A DNA stretch of 64,000 nucleotides from Eledone cirrhosa. Its lineage: Eukaryota. Under the pieces are notes generated by a model. The model saw only the letters and a list, made by a program, of their open reading frames with translations. It made no database searches and was not told the origin of the DNA. The DNA is taken from assembly GCA_964016885.1 (NCBI GenBank), contig OZ024740.1, positions 3,658,001 through 3,722,000 on the forward strand, in the 5' to 3' direction. Position 1 is the stretch's first letter. Each line of letters starts with the position of its first letter. The position numbers and the translations under genes were made by a program. Below are positions 50,052 through 63,599 of the stretch, piece after piece.

Positions 50052-50836
50052 ATCATCATCAGCGTTTAACGTCCGTGTTCCACGCTTGCATGGGTTTGGA
50101 CGGGGGTAGTCCCACTTGAGGCAAGAGTGATTGTCTTGCTCGCATAGGACTGTCTGGCAGGTTTTCTACAGTTGGATGCCCTTCCTAACACCAACCACAT
50201 TTACAGTGTGGGTCTGGGAGGTTTTTACCGTGTTGCCTACACGGCCACATTACAGCGTGGACTGTGTGTTTTTTTGTCGTGACACCTACACGATCTCATT
50301 TGTTTCGGCCTCGATGGCGCGGCACCAACATAACTTTACATAGAACGGGGTGGTGTGGATCGGGTGGGGGTGGTGGGACGGGGTGTATTTGTTAGAGATG
50401 CCTACTGGCTGGAGTAGGTTTTACTATATATTTAGGTAAGGCGGGTCTTCTCTGTTACTGAGTACCGCCAAAGGTCTCGGTCCAGTGACATTGTCTTGGA
50501 GAGGTGTAAGTGTGTGATGTCGGAGTTTATCAGCTCGTCCCAGGTTTTTCTAGGTCTGCCTATTCCGTGACTACCGTCTATCTTTATTGCCCTGCACTTT
50601 GTTATACAGCTATCGACTTTCATGCGCATCACGTGTCCATACCAACGTAGCCTTCTCTCGAGTAAACAACATCTGATCCCTCTTATCTCTAATTTATTCC
50701 TTAGTTCGTTTATGCTTTGCCGTTCACGTATATTACTGTTACACATCCAGCGGAGCATGCAAGCTTCGTTCCTCTCTAGTCTGCGTATATCCTCTGCACA
50801 CAATGCCCAGGTCTCACTGCCATGCAGCATTGCTGT
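50052..50836 (-). mobile_element. RTE family A 3' fragment
   Basis: Nearly the same as 8861-9650. Confidence 0.95.
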
Positions 50837-51004
50837 ATATATATATATACTAAAATTTCTTTAGTCAAAAAATACGGTGAAAGCTATTCTATTTTCTAAT
50901 TTCAAACCTGCTCACTGTTTCAAAACATACTTACATATATATATATTACTCAATACCGAGTACTCATTTCTCTCAGCTGTCAACCACATACAGATATATG
51001 TATA

Positions 51005-51360
51005 TTAGGGTGGCCTTTAGCAATAGGCAATTTTCAGAAAGTTAAAATAGCAAAAGTTAAAACAGCCAAAAATAGGTGTTTGCCCTATACCTGCGCTGTG
51101 TCCCCATCTTTGGAAGTTGCCTTCCCCATTATATTTATTGTCACTTATCCTTCTAATACCAAGAATAAGTCTGAACAAGTTTTTAATTTAAGAGAAAATT
51201 ATATAAAAGATAAAAAGTTTTTATCTGAAAAAATGACCTTCCGGGCAAAACTTCAAACTTTCACAGTTGATGAAGGTCACCTTGCAGTTGTCCGCTTTGC
51301 ATAGATTGGATTTTTGTTAATTGAAACAAGAAAGCGGGGTGGGAGCTAAATATTTAGAAA
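51005..51360 (+). mobile_element. DNA transposon terminus (TAGGGTGG..., hATm-like)
   Basis: Shares tagcaataggYaattttcMgaaagttaaaa with 46984. Confidence 0.4.
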
Positions 51361-51589
51361 GTTGAAAAATAAGGGCAACTCTAATGCACATACATATATA
51401 TACACCAAAATACATATATACACACTCATACCTGTATTCATAGATACAAACATACATAAACAATAGAATGCACATTCAGATATACACATATGTAAAAATA
51501 AATACATAATCACACCCACACACCAATACACACATATATATACACATACATAAATACATATAAAAAAATTATACATAACAAATTATAAA

Positions 51590-52860
51590 AATATTAATCT
51601 ATTTCCTCATAAAATCAAATCTAGAAATATACCTGAATAAAAAGACAACAACCCCCTCCTAAATAAAGCACAATTCTAGTCCTGTTCCTTAATTTTATAG
51701 TAAAAGGAGTAATGTGTTTTATGTTGACAAAAAGGAATTATCTCATTTTTAGTATTTAATAAGATTAAGTTGCAGGTTAAAATTTCAAACGCCTCGATTA
51801 AACAAAGATTACATTTGGATCTATTTCCCCCATATAGCCTTGTGGTATTAATTAGAGACCATTTAATATTATAATTAACCTTATCTTCCTTAAGGGACCA
51901 TATTAATTTTACCAGAGAAGTTGTATTTTTCAGCTTGTTATTTTTAAAAGAATGGGTATGAGCATAAAATCCAGTTTAGAATTTATTAGCAGTAGCACCT
52001 ATATAATTGTCATTAGTAGAAACGTCACATCTATGAATATCATTAGTTTTAAGACATCTACCTCCCAATGGGCAATTGTTAAGAATTCTATAATTACAAT
52101 TAATCACTAAAAGTTGACTATTGTTATTGAGAATACCTGTATTATGGTATAGCAAGAGGGCGGTGGCTAGGGCGGTGGATTGGCAGTATCGGTAGAGGAT
52201 CGGACGCCATGCTTTCCAGCATAGTTACGTCCCTTTACGATCTGAGTTCAAATCCCGCCGAGGTTGACTTTGCCTTTCATCCTTACGGGGTCGATAAAAT
52301 AAAGTACCAGTAATGCACTGGGTAATTGCTGGCCTTGTGCCTAAAGTAGAAACAATTATGGTATAGCAAGGATGTTAGTGGTACATCTAGTTTTACCAAC
52401 ATCACCAAATTCAGTAACTATTCTAGAAGCCCTATCAGGGTTGCACATTATTATTAACAATACGGCCCTTGCCATTCTGAGTTCAAATCCCGCCAAGGTT
52501 AACTTTGCCTTTCATCCTTACGGGGTCGATAAAATAAAGTACCAGTAATACACTGGGTAATTGCTGGCCTTGTGCCAAAAGTAGAAACAATTATTATTAA
52601 CAATATTATCATTGATCCAAATCTCAGTCTCATTACCAGGATTACTGAGTACCTCAGTTGGCATATTAGAAGAAATGCATTCATTGACAGTACTACTGTC
52701 AACCAACATATTGCTGCCACTAGTATTATCAAAAGTACTAATACCTATACTATTTCTAAAGGGACCAGTATTAGTTAAAGATCTACTATTTATTCTAAAG
52801 GAATTAAGTTTTTGTTTTATTGTCCATTGCTATGTAGCCTGCTAAATTATTTCTATTTAG
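51590..52860 (-). mobile_element. Penelope-like GIY-YIG relic interrupted by SINEs
   Basis: Manual translation of ~52110-51710: NCPLGGRCL..YIGAT..HSF..TSL..IWSLK..IKWSL..CNLCLIE..LLNTKNEI..CQH. Confidence 0.8.
52160..52600 (+). mobile_element. Two Nin-like tRNA SINE copies (52160-52360, 52470-52600)
   Basis: A/B boxes and Nin-like domain; ttatggtatagcaag at ~52142 and ~52356 is a candidate TSD. Confidence 0.88.
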
Positions 52861-52867
52861 TATCCTA

Positions 52868-54021
52868 AGGTCCTTGTAAGTAGACGAGAAAACAGAACCC
52901 AGATCCCCTCAGGGAAATGGCCTTGCTCAGTATGTAGGAAAGGTGTAGGTAGGAACTTCATTCTCTGTCCCAAATGCAAACAATGGGTACACAAGAGATG
53001 TAGCGGGATCTCAGGAAGCTTAATTAAGAATGTAGGCTTCACATGCAGCAGCTGTGCTGAGACAGCAAGCAGCAAACAGCCACAGGAAACAAGTACCACC
53101 AATCTCTGGGAGGGCTCTGTAGAAACAGTAGACAGCTTCTGCTACCTAGGTGACCGAATTAGCAGCGGAGGTGGGTGTTCAGAAAGTACAATAACTAGGG
53201 TAAGAACGGGATGGAAGAAGTTTAGGGAACTACTACCACTGCTAGCTGCAAAAGGCTTCTCCCTTAGAATGAAAGGCAGACTGTATGATGCGTGTATACG
53301 AACAGCAATGTTGCATGGTAGTGAGACCTGGGCGCTGAAGGTGGAAGACTTACGTAGATTAGAGAGAAATGAAGCCTGCATGCTCCGATGGATGTGTAAC
53401 AGTAATATACGTGAACGACAAAGCATAAATGAATTGAGAGAGAGACTGAGCATAAGAGGAATCAAATGCTGTGTGCAGGAGAGGTGGTTGCGCTGGTATG
53501 GACATGTGATGCGTATGAAGGATGACAGCTGCATAAAAAGGTGCAGAGCACTAGAAGTTGATGGAAACCGCGGAGTGGGGAGACCCAAGATGACCTGGGA
53601 TGAGGTGATAAAAGCCGACCTTACCCAATTACACCTCTCAAAGGCAATGACACACAACCGTGCCCTCTGGCGTCACGCAGTAATACAGAGTACCCGACCT
53701 CACATGGGTACAAGCCGAAGCATATAGACAATATGCCCCCACACCCCCCACCGCAAGGTGGTCGTAGAGGTGCCACGGCAAAAAAGCACCCAGCCCACAC
53801 TGTAAAGTGGACGTGTAGGCGCCACGAAAAAGCACCCGCACTCACTGTAAATGAGGTTGGTGTTAGGAAGGGCATCCAGCTGTAGAAATCAAGCCAAATC
53901 AGTTCCTGTATGAGCAAGGCATGGTCAGCCGACCAGACACTGCACACAACAGGACAACCCGTCTAACCCATGCTAGCGTGGAAGAACGGACGTAAAACGG
54001 TGATGATGATGATGATGATGA
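52868..54021 (+). mobile_element. RTE family B 3' fragment
   Basis: Zinc finger, FCYLGD, MLHGSETW, (GAT)n tail. Confidence 0.95.
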
Positions 54022-54069
54022 TAATATGTTTGGTTGGGAGGAAAATTATTATCCACTATATCAAAGAAT

Positions 54070-55270
54070 AACCTCTGTAGTTAGACAACATATAGTAATG
54101 TGCTAGAGTGGTTTGATACCTCTGTAGTTAGACAACATTTAGTAATGTGTTAGACTGGTATGATACCTCTGCAGTTAGACAACATATAGTAATGTACTAG
54201 TGGTTTGATACCTCTGTAGTTAGACAACATATAGTAATGTGCTAGAGTGGTTTGATACCTCTGTAGTTAGACAACATATAGTAATGTGCTATAGTGGTCT
54301 GATACCTCTGTAGTTAGACAACATATAGTAATGTGCTGTAGTGGTCTGATACCTCTGTAGTTAGACAACATTTAGTAATGTGTTAGACTGGTATGATACC
54401 TCTGTAGTTAGACAACATATAGTAATGTGTTAGACTGGTATGATACCTCTGTAGTTAGACAACATATAGTAATGTGCTAGAGTGGTCTGATACCTCTGTA
54501 GTTAGACAACATATAGTAATGTACTAGAGTGGTTTGATACCTCTGTAGTTAGACAACATATAGTAATGTGCTATAGTGGTCTGATACCTCTGTAGTTAGA
54601 CAACATATAGTAATGTACTAGAGTGGTCTGATACCTCTATAGTTAGACAACATATAGTAATGTGCTATAGTGGTCTGATACCTCTGTAGTTAGACAACAT
54701 ATAGTAATGTGCTAGAGTGGTCTGATACCTCTGTATTTAGACAACATATAGTAATGTGCTATAGTGGTCTGATACCTCTGTAGTTAGACAACATATAGTA
54801 ATGTGCTAGAGTGGTCTGATACCTCTGTATTTAGACAACATATAGTAATGTACTATAGTGGTCTGATACCTCTGTAGTTAGACAACATATAGTAATGTAC
54901 TATAGTGGTCTGATACCTCTGTAGTTAGACAACATATAGTAATGTGCTATAGTGGTCTGATACCTCTGTAGTTAGACAACATATAGTAATGTGCTAGAGT
55001 GGTTTGACGTTGTATATCTGTAGTTAGACAACATATAGTAATGTGTTAGAGTGGTTTGACATATGTCTATAGTTGGACAACAGATTTTCTATACATTATA
55101 GCGTCTTTTCGGATTTTTTAAAATGTAAACATTTTCTTTGGCTGCTGGCTGTCGAGTATTTTAGTGAGGTTACAATGAGGTTCTTTAATCTTAAAAACTG
55201 GTTATGACAAGTTCCAGGAGGGGATGAAATGTTCGTAAATCAACATTTAATGTAAAAATATGTTTGGAAT
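54070..55270 (+). repeat. 47 bp satellite (~21 copies) attached to an interspersed-repeat flank
   Basis: Unit gatacctctgtagttagacaacatatagtaatgtgctagagtggtct; flank homologous to 44880-45080. Confidence 0.92.
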
Positions 55271-55291
55271 CTATCTATCTATCTCTCTCTT

Positions 55292-56150
55292 TATATATAT
55301 AGAAGGCTGTGGCATGGTCGGTTTTACGGATGCAGGTGAGAGCAGCTTGGATGAGCATGGGGGATATCCATGCTGGATGAAGCGGGTGGGGGGGGGGGGC
55401 ATGTGAAGGGAATGGGTTTCCAAATCGTTGTCCTGGCTAGAGTCGATGAAGACGGAGGAGTTGGGAATAGGGTATGGAGAGTTTGGTGTGGGTTGGATGG
55501 GAGGAGGTGAACTCAAAATAAAAGTGGGAGTCAGTCGGTTTATAGAAGATGGAAGTAGAGAGGGTGTTGTAAGAGTGATTGATAGATAGAGAGATATCTC
55601 AAAAAGGGACAGAAGAATCGGAGACGGAGGTGGTGAAGGTGAGAGCAGGATGGAAAGATTGGACAAAAGATAGAAAGCAGTTGAGCTGTTCTCATGATAG
55701 AGAGGTGGCGCCGATACAGTCGTCGATATAACGACCGTATAGCTCAGGAGTCGGGCCAGCGTACTGGAGGAAGATCTGGGCTTAGACGTAGCCAACAAAC
55801 AAGTTGGCATAGTTTGGTCCCATTCTGGTTCCCATCGCTACCCCAGAGACCTGCTGATAGAATTCACTGGAAAAAGAAAAACCATTGAGGGTCAGAACAA
55901 GCTCAGCCAGACAGAGAAGAGTGGTAGTGCTGGGGTTAGGAGTAGGGCGTAAGTCTAAAAAGTGTTGGAGAGCGTGGAGGCCGTCATCATGAGGGATGGC
56001 GGTATAAAGAGAGGTGATGTCCAGGGTGAAGAGAAGGTGAGAGGGGCCAAGAGGGAAGAAGAAGGAGTTAAAGAGCCTAAGGGCTTGATTAATATCGTGG
56101 ATGTAGGAGGGGAGGTTGACGACTAATGGAGGAGGGTATCTAAGTATTCA
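55292..56150 (-). mobile_element. Penelope-like reverse transcriptase relic
   Basis: Manual translation: LFTLDITSLYTAIPH..YQQVSGVAMGTRMGPNYANLF..YGRYIDDCIG..HPTHTKLSIPYSQLLRL..GYP. Confidence 0.88.
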
Positions 56151-56159
56151 GAGAGGATT

Positions 56160-56775
56160 TAGTTTTGAAATTGTTTTGCAAGACTTCTCATCTGAAAACA
56201 TAAGTTTAAACAGATAGCGTTATACTTTGGGAGGGTCATGCTGCCAACTGGAAATTTATAATAAATTAATGTCACTGGAGCGAGATCTTTGGCGCTACAC
56301 AGTTATACAGAAGACCTGCCTTGCCTAAGTACAAAACGAAACCTACAGTCAGTAGGCACCTCTAACAAAATACGCCCCTGTCCCACTATCCCCACTCCAT
56401 CCACACCACCCCCTTAAATGTGAAGTTATGTTGGTACCACAACATCCAGTCCGAAACAAATGAGGTCGTGTAGGTGTCACGACAAAAAAAACACACAGTC
56501 CACGCTGTAATGTGGCCGTGTAGGTAACATGGTAAAAACCTCCCAGTCCACACTGTAAACATGGTTGGTGTTAGGAAGGGCATCCATCCGTAGAAAACCC
56601 GCCAGACAGTCCTATACGAGCAGGACAACAAATCTTGCCTCAAGTGGGAAAACTCCCGTCCAAACCCATGCTAGCGTGGAAGATGGACGTTAAACGATGA
56701 TGATGATGATGATGATGAAGTGAAAACCAACAGGTGTGTTTTTATTGGCAGCATGACCCTCCCAAAGTATAACAA
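56160..56775. mobile_element. Inverted pLTR ends of the 6659 PLE family enclosing an RTE family A 3' end (56269-56718, +)
   Basis: gttatactttgggagggtcatgctgccaa at ~56219 and its reverse complement at ~56746-56773. Confidence 0.8.
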
Positions 56776-56793
56776 TATATATATACTATATAC

Positions 56794-56824
<31 letters not shown>

Positions 56825-56994
56825 TGTATATATATATGTCTTTTTCTGCATATATTGTTTTCTTATATTTAAAAAACAATTTCATTTCCATTTTACCAGC
56901 ACAGGTTATTATCACGAATACCACGAAGATAACTGCTACAATTACCATTATAAACATTATTATCACAGTTCTCTATAATCAACAATATCTCCAC

Positions 56995-57235
56995 CATTAT
57001 TACCATCATAATTATCATCAGCAAGATAAACACGACCAACACCAGCACCACCACCACCACCAACATCACCACCAGCATCACCAGCATCACCACCACTGTC
57101 ACCACCACCTTTATCATCACTACCACCATCATCATCACCATCACCACCATCACCATCACCAGCATCACCACCACCACCACAATCACCATCACCACCATCA
57201 CCATCACCATCACCAGCACCAGCACCACCACCAAC
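56995..57235. repeat. (CAC/CAT/CAG)n low complexity
   Basis: Direct reading; the poly-His ORF is an artefact. Confidence 0.9.
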
Positions 57236-57592
57236 AAAAAACAACACTATGTATAGTTCATAAAAATCATTGAAAAACTAAAACAAGAGATCTTCACAAA
57301 GAAACAACCATTATGATGAAATAGCAATGCTACGTCTTTGAATAAAACAATTCTTCTTTGAAAAAAGCAAATACTTTGTTTCCAGCCAATATTAGAAAAT
57401 ACCTCCAAAAGCAGAACACTTAGGAATGGTTAGTGTATTGCCTTGGGATAGGATACTAAAAATAAACATTTCCTACATTTAAAAATCTATTTTCAAATAT
57501 TTCTGTGGATGCTAGAAGGGTGAATGGTTAGCAAGTTTGCTTCCCAACCATAAGTTCCTAAGTTTGTTCACACTGTATAGCATCTTAAAATC

Positions 57593-57880
57593 TAAAGTTT
57601 GTCTTAAGCCAGAAGGCTCATTAGTCCAGTGCTTATCTTGGTTTCATGGCATGAAGCGACTGACAGTACAAGACTCCCCCCCCCCCTGGACAAGACGCCA
57701 GTCCTTCACAGGGTTAAAGCTCCAGCTACTGCTGGTACTCATTTTCAGCTGAGTATACTGGAGCAACGTGAAATGAAATATTTTGCTCAAGAACACAACA
57801 TGCAGTCCAGCCCAGGAATCGTACCTACAACATTATGATTGTAAATCAAACTCCCTTACTACTAGGCCATGCACCCCTCC
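57593..57880 (-). mobile_element. tRNA SINE with CORE-like and V-domain-like blocks, diverged
   Basis: Minus strand reads TGGCCTAGTAG..GGTACGATTCC..cttgagcaa..ggactggcgtcttgtccaggg..cttcatgccatgaaacc. Confidence 0.7.
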
Positions 57881-57899
57881 ACATATGGCATGTTAGGAA

Positions 57900-58172
57900 A
57901 GTGTAATTTATCATGGTTGAGTGCTTAGGAAGTTTCTATACAACCACAAGATCCCAAGTTTGTTCACACTGAATGGCATCTTAGGAAAATATAATCTACC
58001 ATACTGTCGGTTTGACCCAAACCTTGTGAGTGAAATTGGGTAGAAAGATGCTGAACTACCTGTGATGGACTGGTGTCCTACCCAGGAGCAAGTCTTGTAC
58101 TCTGTCTCTTCATGCCACAGAAACCGAGATAAGAATCGGTCTGATGAGCCTCTCAGCTTGCAACAGACTTTA
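57900..58172 (+). mobile_element. Diverged SINE with V-domain-like 3' part
   Basis: cctgtgatggactggtgtcctacccagg..cttcatgccacagaaaccgagataag. Confidence 0.6.
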
Positions 58173-58220
58173 GAGGTGTTGGATTGACAAAATTATTAAA
58201 TTATCAGTTGAGATGTCTTG

Positions 58221-58269
<49 letters not shown>

Positions 58270-58340
58270 AGTTATTCCGGGTTGAATCGGAGGTAACCAC
58301 AGTAAGTAAGGTACTCAATACATAGCAGAGTATGAAATAT

Positions 58341-58415
58341 TTAATATAGATGAGATTCCTGATGATTTCTAAAGAATGAAACACTTCTAGTCCTGTAGAA
58401 TCTCATCTATATTAA
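58341..58415 (+). ncRNA. Hammerhead ribozyme in a (TA)n-flanked fold-back relic (58265-58418)
   Basis: 18 bp helix I ttaatatagatgagattc/gaatctcatctatattaa; CTGATGA-tttctaaagaat-GAAAC..GTA. Confidence 0.7.
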
Positions 58416-58427
58416 AACTATATATAT

Positions 58428-61072
58428 ATCATCATCATCATCATCATCACCGTTTTACGTCCGTTCTTCAATGCTAGCATGGGTTAGACGGGTTGTCCTG
58501 TTGTGGGCAGTGTCTGGTCGGCTGACCATGCCTTGCTCATACAGGAACTGATTTTGGCTTGATTTCTACAGCTGGATGCCCTTCCTAACACCAACCTCAT
58601 TTACAGTGAGTGCTGGGTGCTTTTTCCGTGGCGCCTACACGTCCACTTTACAGTGTGGGCTGGGTGCTTTTTTGCTGTGGCACCTCCACAACCACCTTGC
58701 AGTGGGAGGGTGTGGGGGCATATTGTCTATATGCTTCAGCCTGTACCCATGGGAGGTCGGGTACTCTGTATTACTGTGTGACGCCAGAGGTCACGGTCGT
58801 GTGTAATTGGGTAAGGTCGGCTTTTATCACCTCATCCCAGGTCTTCTTGGGTCTCCCCACTCCGCGGTTTCCATTGACTTCTAGTGCTCTGCACCTTTTT
58901 ATGCAGCTGTCATCCTTCATACGTATCATATGTCCATACCAACACAACCACCTCTCCTGCACACAGCATTTGATTCCTCTTATGCTCAGTCTCTCTCTCA
59001 ATTCATTTATGCTTTGTCGTTCGCGTATATTACTATTACACATCCATCGGAGCATGCAGGCTTCGTTTCTTTCTAATCTACGTAAATCTTCCACCTTCAG
59101 CACCCAGGTCTCACTACCATGTAACATTGCTGTTCGGATACACGCATCATACAGTCTGCCTTTCATTTTGAGGGAGAAGCCTTTTGCAGCTAGCAGTGGC
59201 AGTAGTTCCCTGAACATCTTCCATCCCGTTCTTACCCTAGTTATTGTACTTTCTGAACACCCCCCTCCGCTGCTAATTCGGTCACCTAGGTAGCAGAAGC
59301 TGTCTACTGTTTCTACAGAGCCCTCCCAGAGATTGGTGGTACTTGTTTCCTGTGGCTGTTTGCTGCTTGCTGTCCCAGCACAGCTGCTGCATGTGAAGCC
59401 TACATTCTTAATTAAGCTTCCTGAGATCCCGCTACATCTCTTGTGTACCCATTGTTTGCATTTGGGGCAGAGAATGGAGTTCCTACCTACACCTTTCCTA
59501 CATACTGAGCAAGGCCATTTCCCTGAGGGGATCTGGGTTCTGTTTTCTCGTCTACTTACAAGGACCTTAGTCTTTGTCATGTTGACTTTGAGACCCTTTC
59601 TTTCTAGTCCCTGCTTCCAAGTTTGGAATTTCTTCTCTAGTTTTACCATAGATTCAGCTATAAGTGCGAGGTCATCAGCATACAGGAGTTCCCATGGGCA
59701 TCCGGTCTTAAACTCCTCCGTTATTGCCTGTAGGACTATGATGAACAGGAGAGAGCTAAGAACAGAGCCCTGGTGGACACCAACCTGTACGCTAAATTCC
59801 TCGCTATACTCATTGCTAATCCTAACTTTGCTGACTGCTCCCCTATACATGGCTTGTACAGCTTTCACAAGCCATTCATCTACTCCTAGTTTTCTAAGAG
59901 CCCACCAGATTACAGCACGTGGAACTCTGTCAAAGGCTTTCTCGAGATCGACGAATGCCAAGTAGAGTGGCTTACTTTTAGCTAGGTACTTTTCCTGTAA
60001 CTGCCTCACAAGGAAGAGGGCATCAGTGGTGCCTCTTCCTGGTACAAATCCAAATTGCATCTCATCTATTTTCACCCGGTCCCTAATCAACTGTGCTATA
60101 ACTCTTTCTGTTACTTTCATGACCTGGTCCGTCAGCTTTATACCTCTATAGTTTCCTCTATCTAGTGCATCCTCTTTACCTTTGTAGCAGTTAACAATGA
60201 TGCTACTGCACCAATCTTTTGGTATGACACCTTCTAGTATTACCTGGTTAACAATACGTGTGGTTATAGTGTGACCTACAGACCCAGATGCCTTCAGCAT
60301 CTCAGCAGCTATACCCGATGGACCGGTTGCCTTTCCCATCTTCATATCTTTGATTGCCTTACTTACTATGCTGCTGCTGACTTGTACTGCTGGCCCCTCT
60401 ATAGGGTCTACTTGGGGTAGGGTCTCTTCTTCCCATGCATTCTCCTCATTTAGTAATCTATCATAATGGCTCTTCCATGCATCTTTCTTCTCAGCACTTG
60501 TGAGGGCAAGCTCACCTTTATCATTCCGGATACACTTCTCTCCAATGGCATCACAATTCTCTCTGACACACTGCCTCGCAATCTTGAACACCTCCTGTTT
60601 CTGGTCCTCACGTTGCAAAACATGCTTGAATTTTCTATCCTCTGCTTCCCTCCTAGCTAAGTATATTTGTCGCCTAGCTTCCCTCTTGGTCTCTATGTAA
60701 TGTACCCTGCTCCCCCCGTTCTTCGATTCTATCCATGCCTGTATCTTGGCATTAACTGCCTCATCTACCTTATTGTTCCGCCACCAAGTCACTCTCCTCC
60801 TGCTTGTGGTCTTACTCCAGCCACAGACTTCATCTGTCACCTCTAGTAAGTTATTTTTTAGGAACTCCCAGTTCTCTTCTACATTGAATGTCTCTATCTG
60901 TTCTTATTTACAATCGAAGGCGTTGAGTAAAATATCTTTAAATCTGTTACTGGCTGAGGGGTCTTTCAGCTTCCAGATCTTTCTTCTCCAGGTTGGCCTC
61001 TGTTTCCAGGTTTGTCTAGTTCTGACCGTGAGGTCGCTGACAACTAAGCTATGTTGGGAGGTACATTCCTCA
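58428..61072 (-). mobile_element. RTE family B, 5'-truncated in APE; 689 aa RT ORF at 58771-60840
   Basis: Full RT motif set, PHD-like finger, (ATG)n tail. Confidence 0.95.
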
Positions 61073-61085
61073 TATATATATATAT

Positions 61086-61125
<40 letters not shown>

Positions 61126-61296
61126 CAATATATTTAGAAACACACAGATACATGCGGACACACACATATATACATGAATGCATCCGCACCCAACTGTGAG
61201 TTAAGGGTGCCAACTTCACCGATGTTGCTCAATGAATGACCGGGACAGACCAATTCAGTTGAACTAGACTGAACCAGTATCAGAGTTAAAAATACA

Positions 61297-61563
61297 TTAT
61301 GAAGAGAGAAGAAACATTTAGATATAATTAGTAATAAAATGTATCATACCTAAATTGCTCCTAAATTCCTCGACTACGTAGTTTCGTAAGACTAGTAAAA
61401 TGAGGTATCCTCTTGATAAGTCGGCAGACCTCGCAGGGACTCTATATCTTTATGATATATTGTTTTTGTTTATGCCACGAAACTACGTAGTCGAGGAATT
61501 TAGGAGCAATTTAGGTATGATACATTTTATTACTAATTATATCTAAATGTTTCTTCTCTCTTC

Positions 61564-61568
<5 letters not shown>
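61297..61568. mobile_element. Fold-back Penelope-like relic (arms 61297-61387 / 61477-61568) with mutated hammerhead at 61409-61496
   Basis: cctc-TTGATAA-..ggca/tgcc..-GAAA-CTACGTAG-TC-gagg. Confidence 0.7.
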
Positions 61569-61593
<25 letters not shown>

Positions 61594-61594
<1 letters not shown>

Positions 61595-61951
61595 CATCAT
61601 TTCATCATCATTTCATCATCATTTCATTTCACGTCCGCTTTTTCCCTACTTGCAAGGATGGGACGGGAACTGATTTTGGCTTGATTTCTGCAGCTGGATG
61701 CCCTTCCTAACACCAACCTCATTTACAGTGAGTGCTGGGTGCTTTTTTGCCGTGGCACCTCCACGACCACTTTGCAGTGGAATGATATGGACCTCAGTCC
61801 CTATCATCTCATTTCTACAGCTGAGTAAACTGGAGCAATGTGAAATAAAGTGTCTTGCTCAAGGAAACAACACATCACCCGGTCTGAGAATTGAACTCAC
61901 AACCTTTCGATTGCAAGGCCAATGCTCTAACCACTAAGCCCTGTGCCTCCA
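61594..61951 (-). mobile_element. CORE-like tRNA SINE with RTE tail, full length
   Basis: Reverse-complement homologue of 14491-14824. Confidence 0.92.
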
Positions 61952-63058
61952 TATACATACATACATACATACATGGGGGCTGCCAACTCGTTTTCGAGTA
62001 CGGCCACTATTTTATATCCATGTAGGAGAACCCCTACCGATGCGCTGAACGAGTGTGACTTTTTAGTCCAGCCAGCGACTTGAAAACTCTAGTACAAACA
62101 CTACACTTGTGACAATTATTGACACATAGTGCTGGGCTCATGGTACCATGTGACGACAAGTGCAGAGAGATCTCCAGATATAAAGCAATGCCTGTGCCGT
62201 GAAGCTTTTATAGTGAGCAAAGGCACTGCACAAAGCCAGTCCCACTCTCTTAACCAAGATGATATGTACCAAAAAGAAGAACAAGTCAACATCATTGGAT
62301 ACCATCAGGTTTGCAGGTGTTATATCAGAGTTTTCCTTCTCCTAGAATTCTGCCTTGACAAAGGCTAAGGGGTCATCTCTCCCGGTGATTTTTGTCATGA
62401 CACCTACATGACCAGTTTACAACATTGACTGGGCACTTTTTGTCATGTCGCCATCATGAACACTTTATTGGCTTTTGCATTCTGAGTTCAAATCCTGCTG
62501 TTACCTAATTGGGTAGTTGACTTGGTATGTCGCCTGATTTAACACCAGCTTCTGGTTCTTGAGTGTCTTTAATGGAGTCCACTCTGTTATAAGTATTTGG
62601 GCCACCTTACTAACTGCAAGTGTAGCCTACAGTATATTGTTTGGTCTAAGTGGGCAAGTAATTGATGTATGAAATAGATTAACTACTCTCATTAAACGAA
62701 TAATATAAAGAATTGATGTTTATTGAGAGGAAAGATTCTCAATCATAATATAACATTTAGAGTGGGTTGTGTCATGGTGGTAGGGTCATGAGTGAGAGGG
62801 GGGAGAGAGAGGGAGGCGTAGGATAGGGAGAGACAGAGAGAGGGAGAGTAACAGAGAGAGAGACTTTGAAGTAAACAGTCCCTAATAATAAATATTCTAT
62901 AAAAAGTATATAAGTATTTCAATCAATGCATGTTTAGTGTGTTTATTACACAAAGCCATGAAAGAAGCATATATATTATATATAGTTCAACAATATATAG
63001 ACACAGAGATACAAAGACACAGTCTTATTAGTTTCATCTCATGTAATATATATATATA

Positions 63059-63412
63059 TATAGAGAATGAGAAAATGAGAAGTAGTTTCAGATGTTAAAG
63101 CCCTTTATTGGTAATACTGTGATACATATTTCAATGACGATAGTGGCCACACGATTCCGTGTACCAAGTGCCGTGATCTCATCAGACAGCTTCTAACATA
63201 ATAAGGGAACGGACAAGGCGTGTATTCTTGAATCGCGTGCCCGTTGCCACAGGGGAACAGGCAGATTGAAATATGTATCACAGCATTATCAATAAAGGAC
63301 TTTAACATCTGAAACTACTTTGCATTTTCTTATTCTATATATACTCCGTTTTTCCTATGTGGAAAAAATACATCGAGTGCTTGATTTGAATTGCATCAAG
63401 GTTTACCGTAAG
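63059..63412. mobile_element. Fold-back Penelope-like relic (arms ~63059-63135 / 63265-63340) with hammerhead at 63116-63190 on the minus strand
   Basis: gctgt-CTGATGA-gatc..att-GAAA-tatgt-ATC-acagt. Confidence 0.7.
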
Positions 63413-63599
63413 ATATATATATATAATAATAATTAGGGAACAAAGAATCAGTATTGCATCATATACATATTTAATCACAATATGTTTAACTGCTGATCAG
63501 CCCAAGGAACGATCGATTATGTTTGTTCCTGACTCTGGAATTGAAAGCTCCTCTCATATGTGTTCTCACATGTAGACTTACATCCAAATATATATACAT

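Noticed and set aside
58138-58172. CTGATGAG as a hammerhead core
   Set aside because: Part of a V-domain-like SINE end; no GAAA or closing helices
61975-62760. Unassigned unique-looking sequence, including ORF 62129-62368
   Set aside because: No recognisable motif or exon evidence; needs a database search
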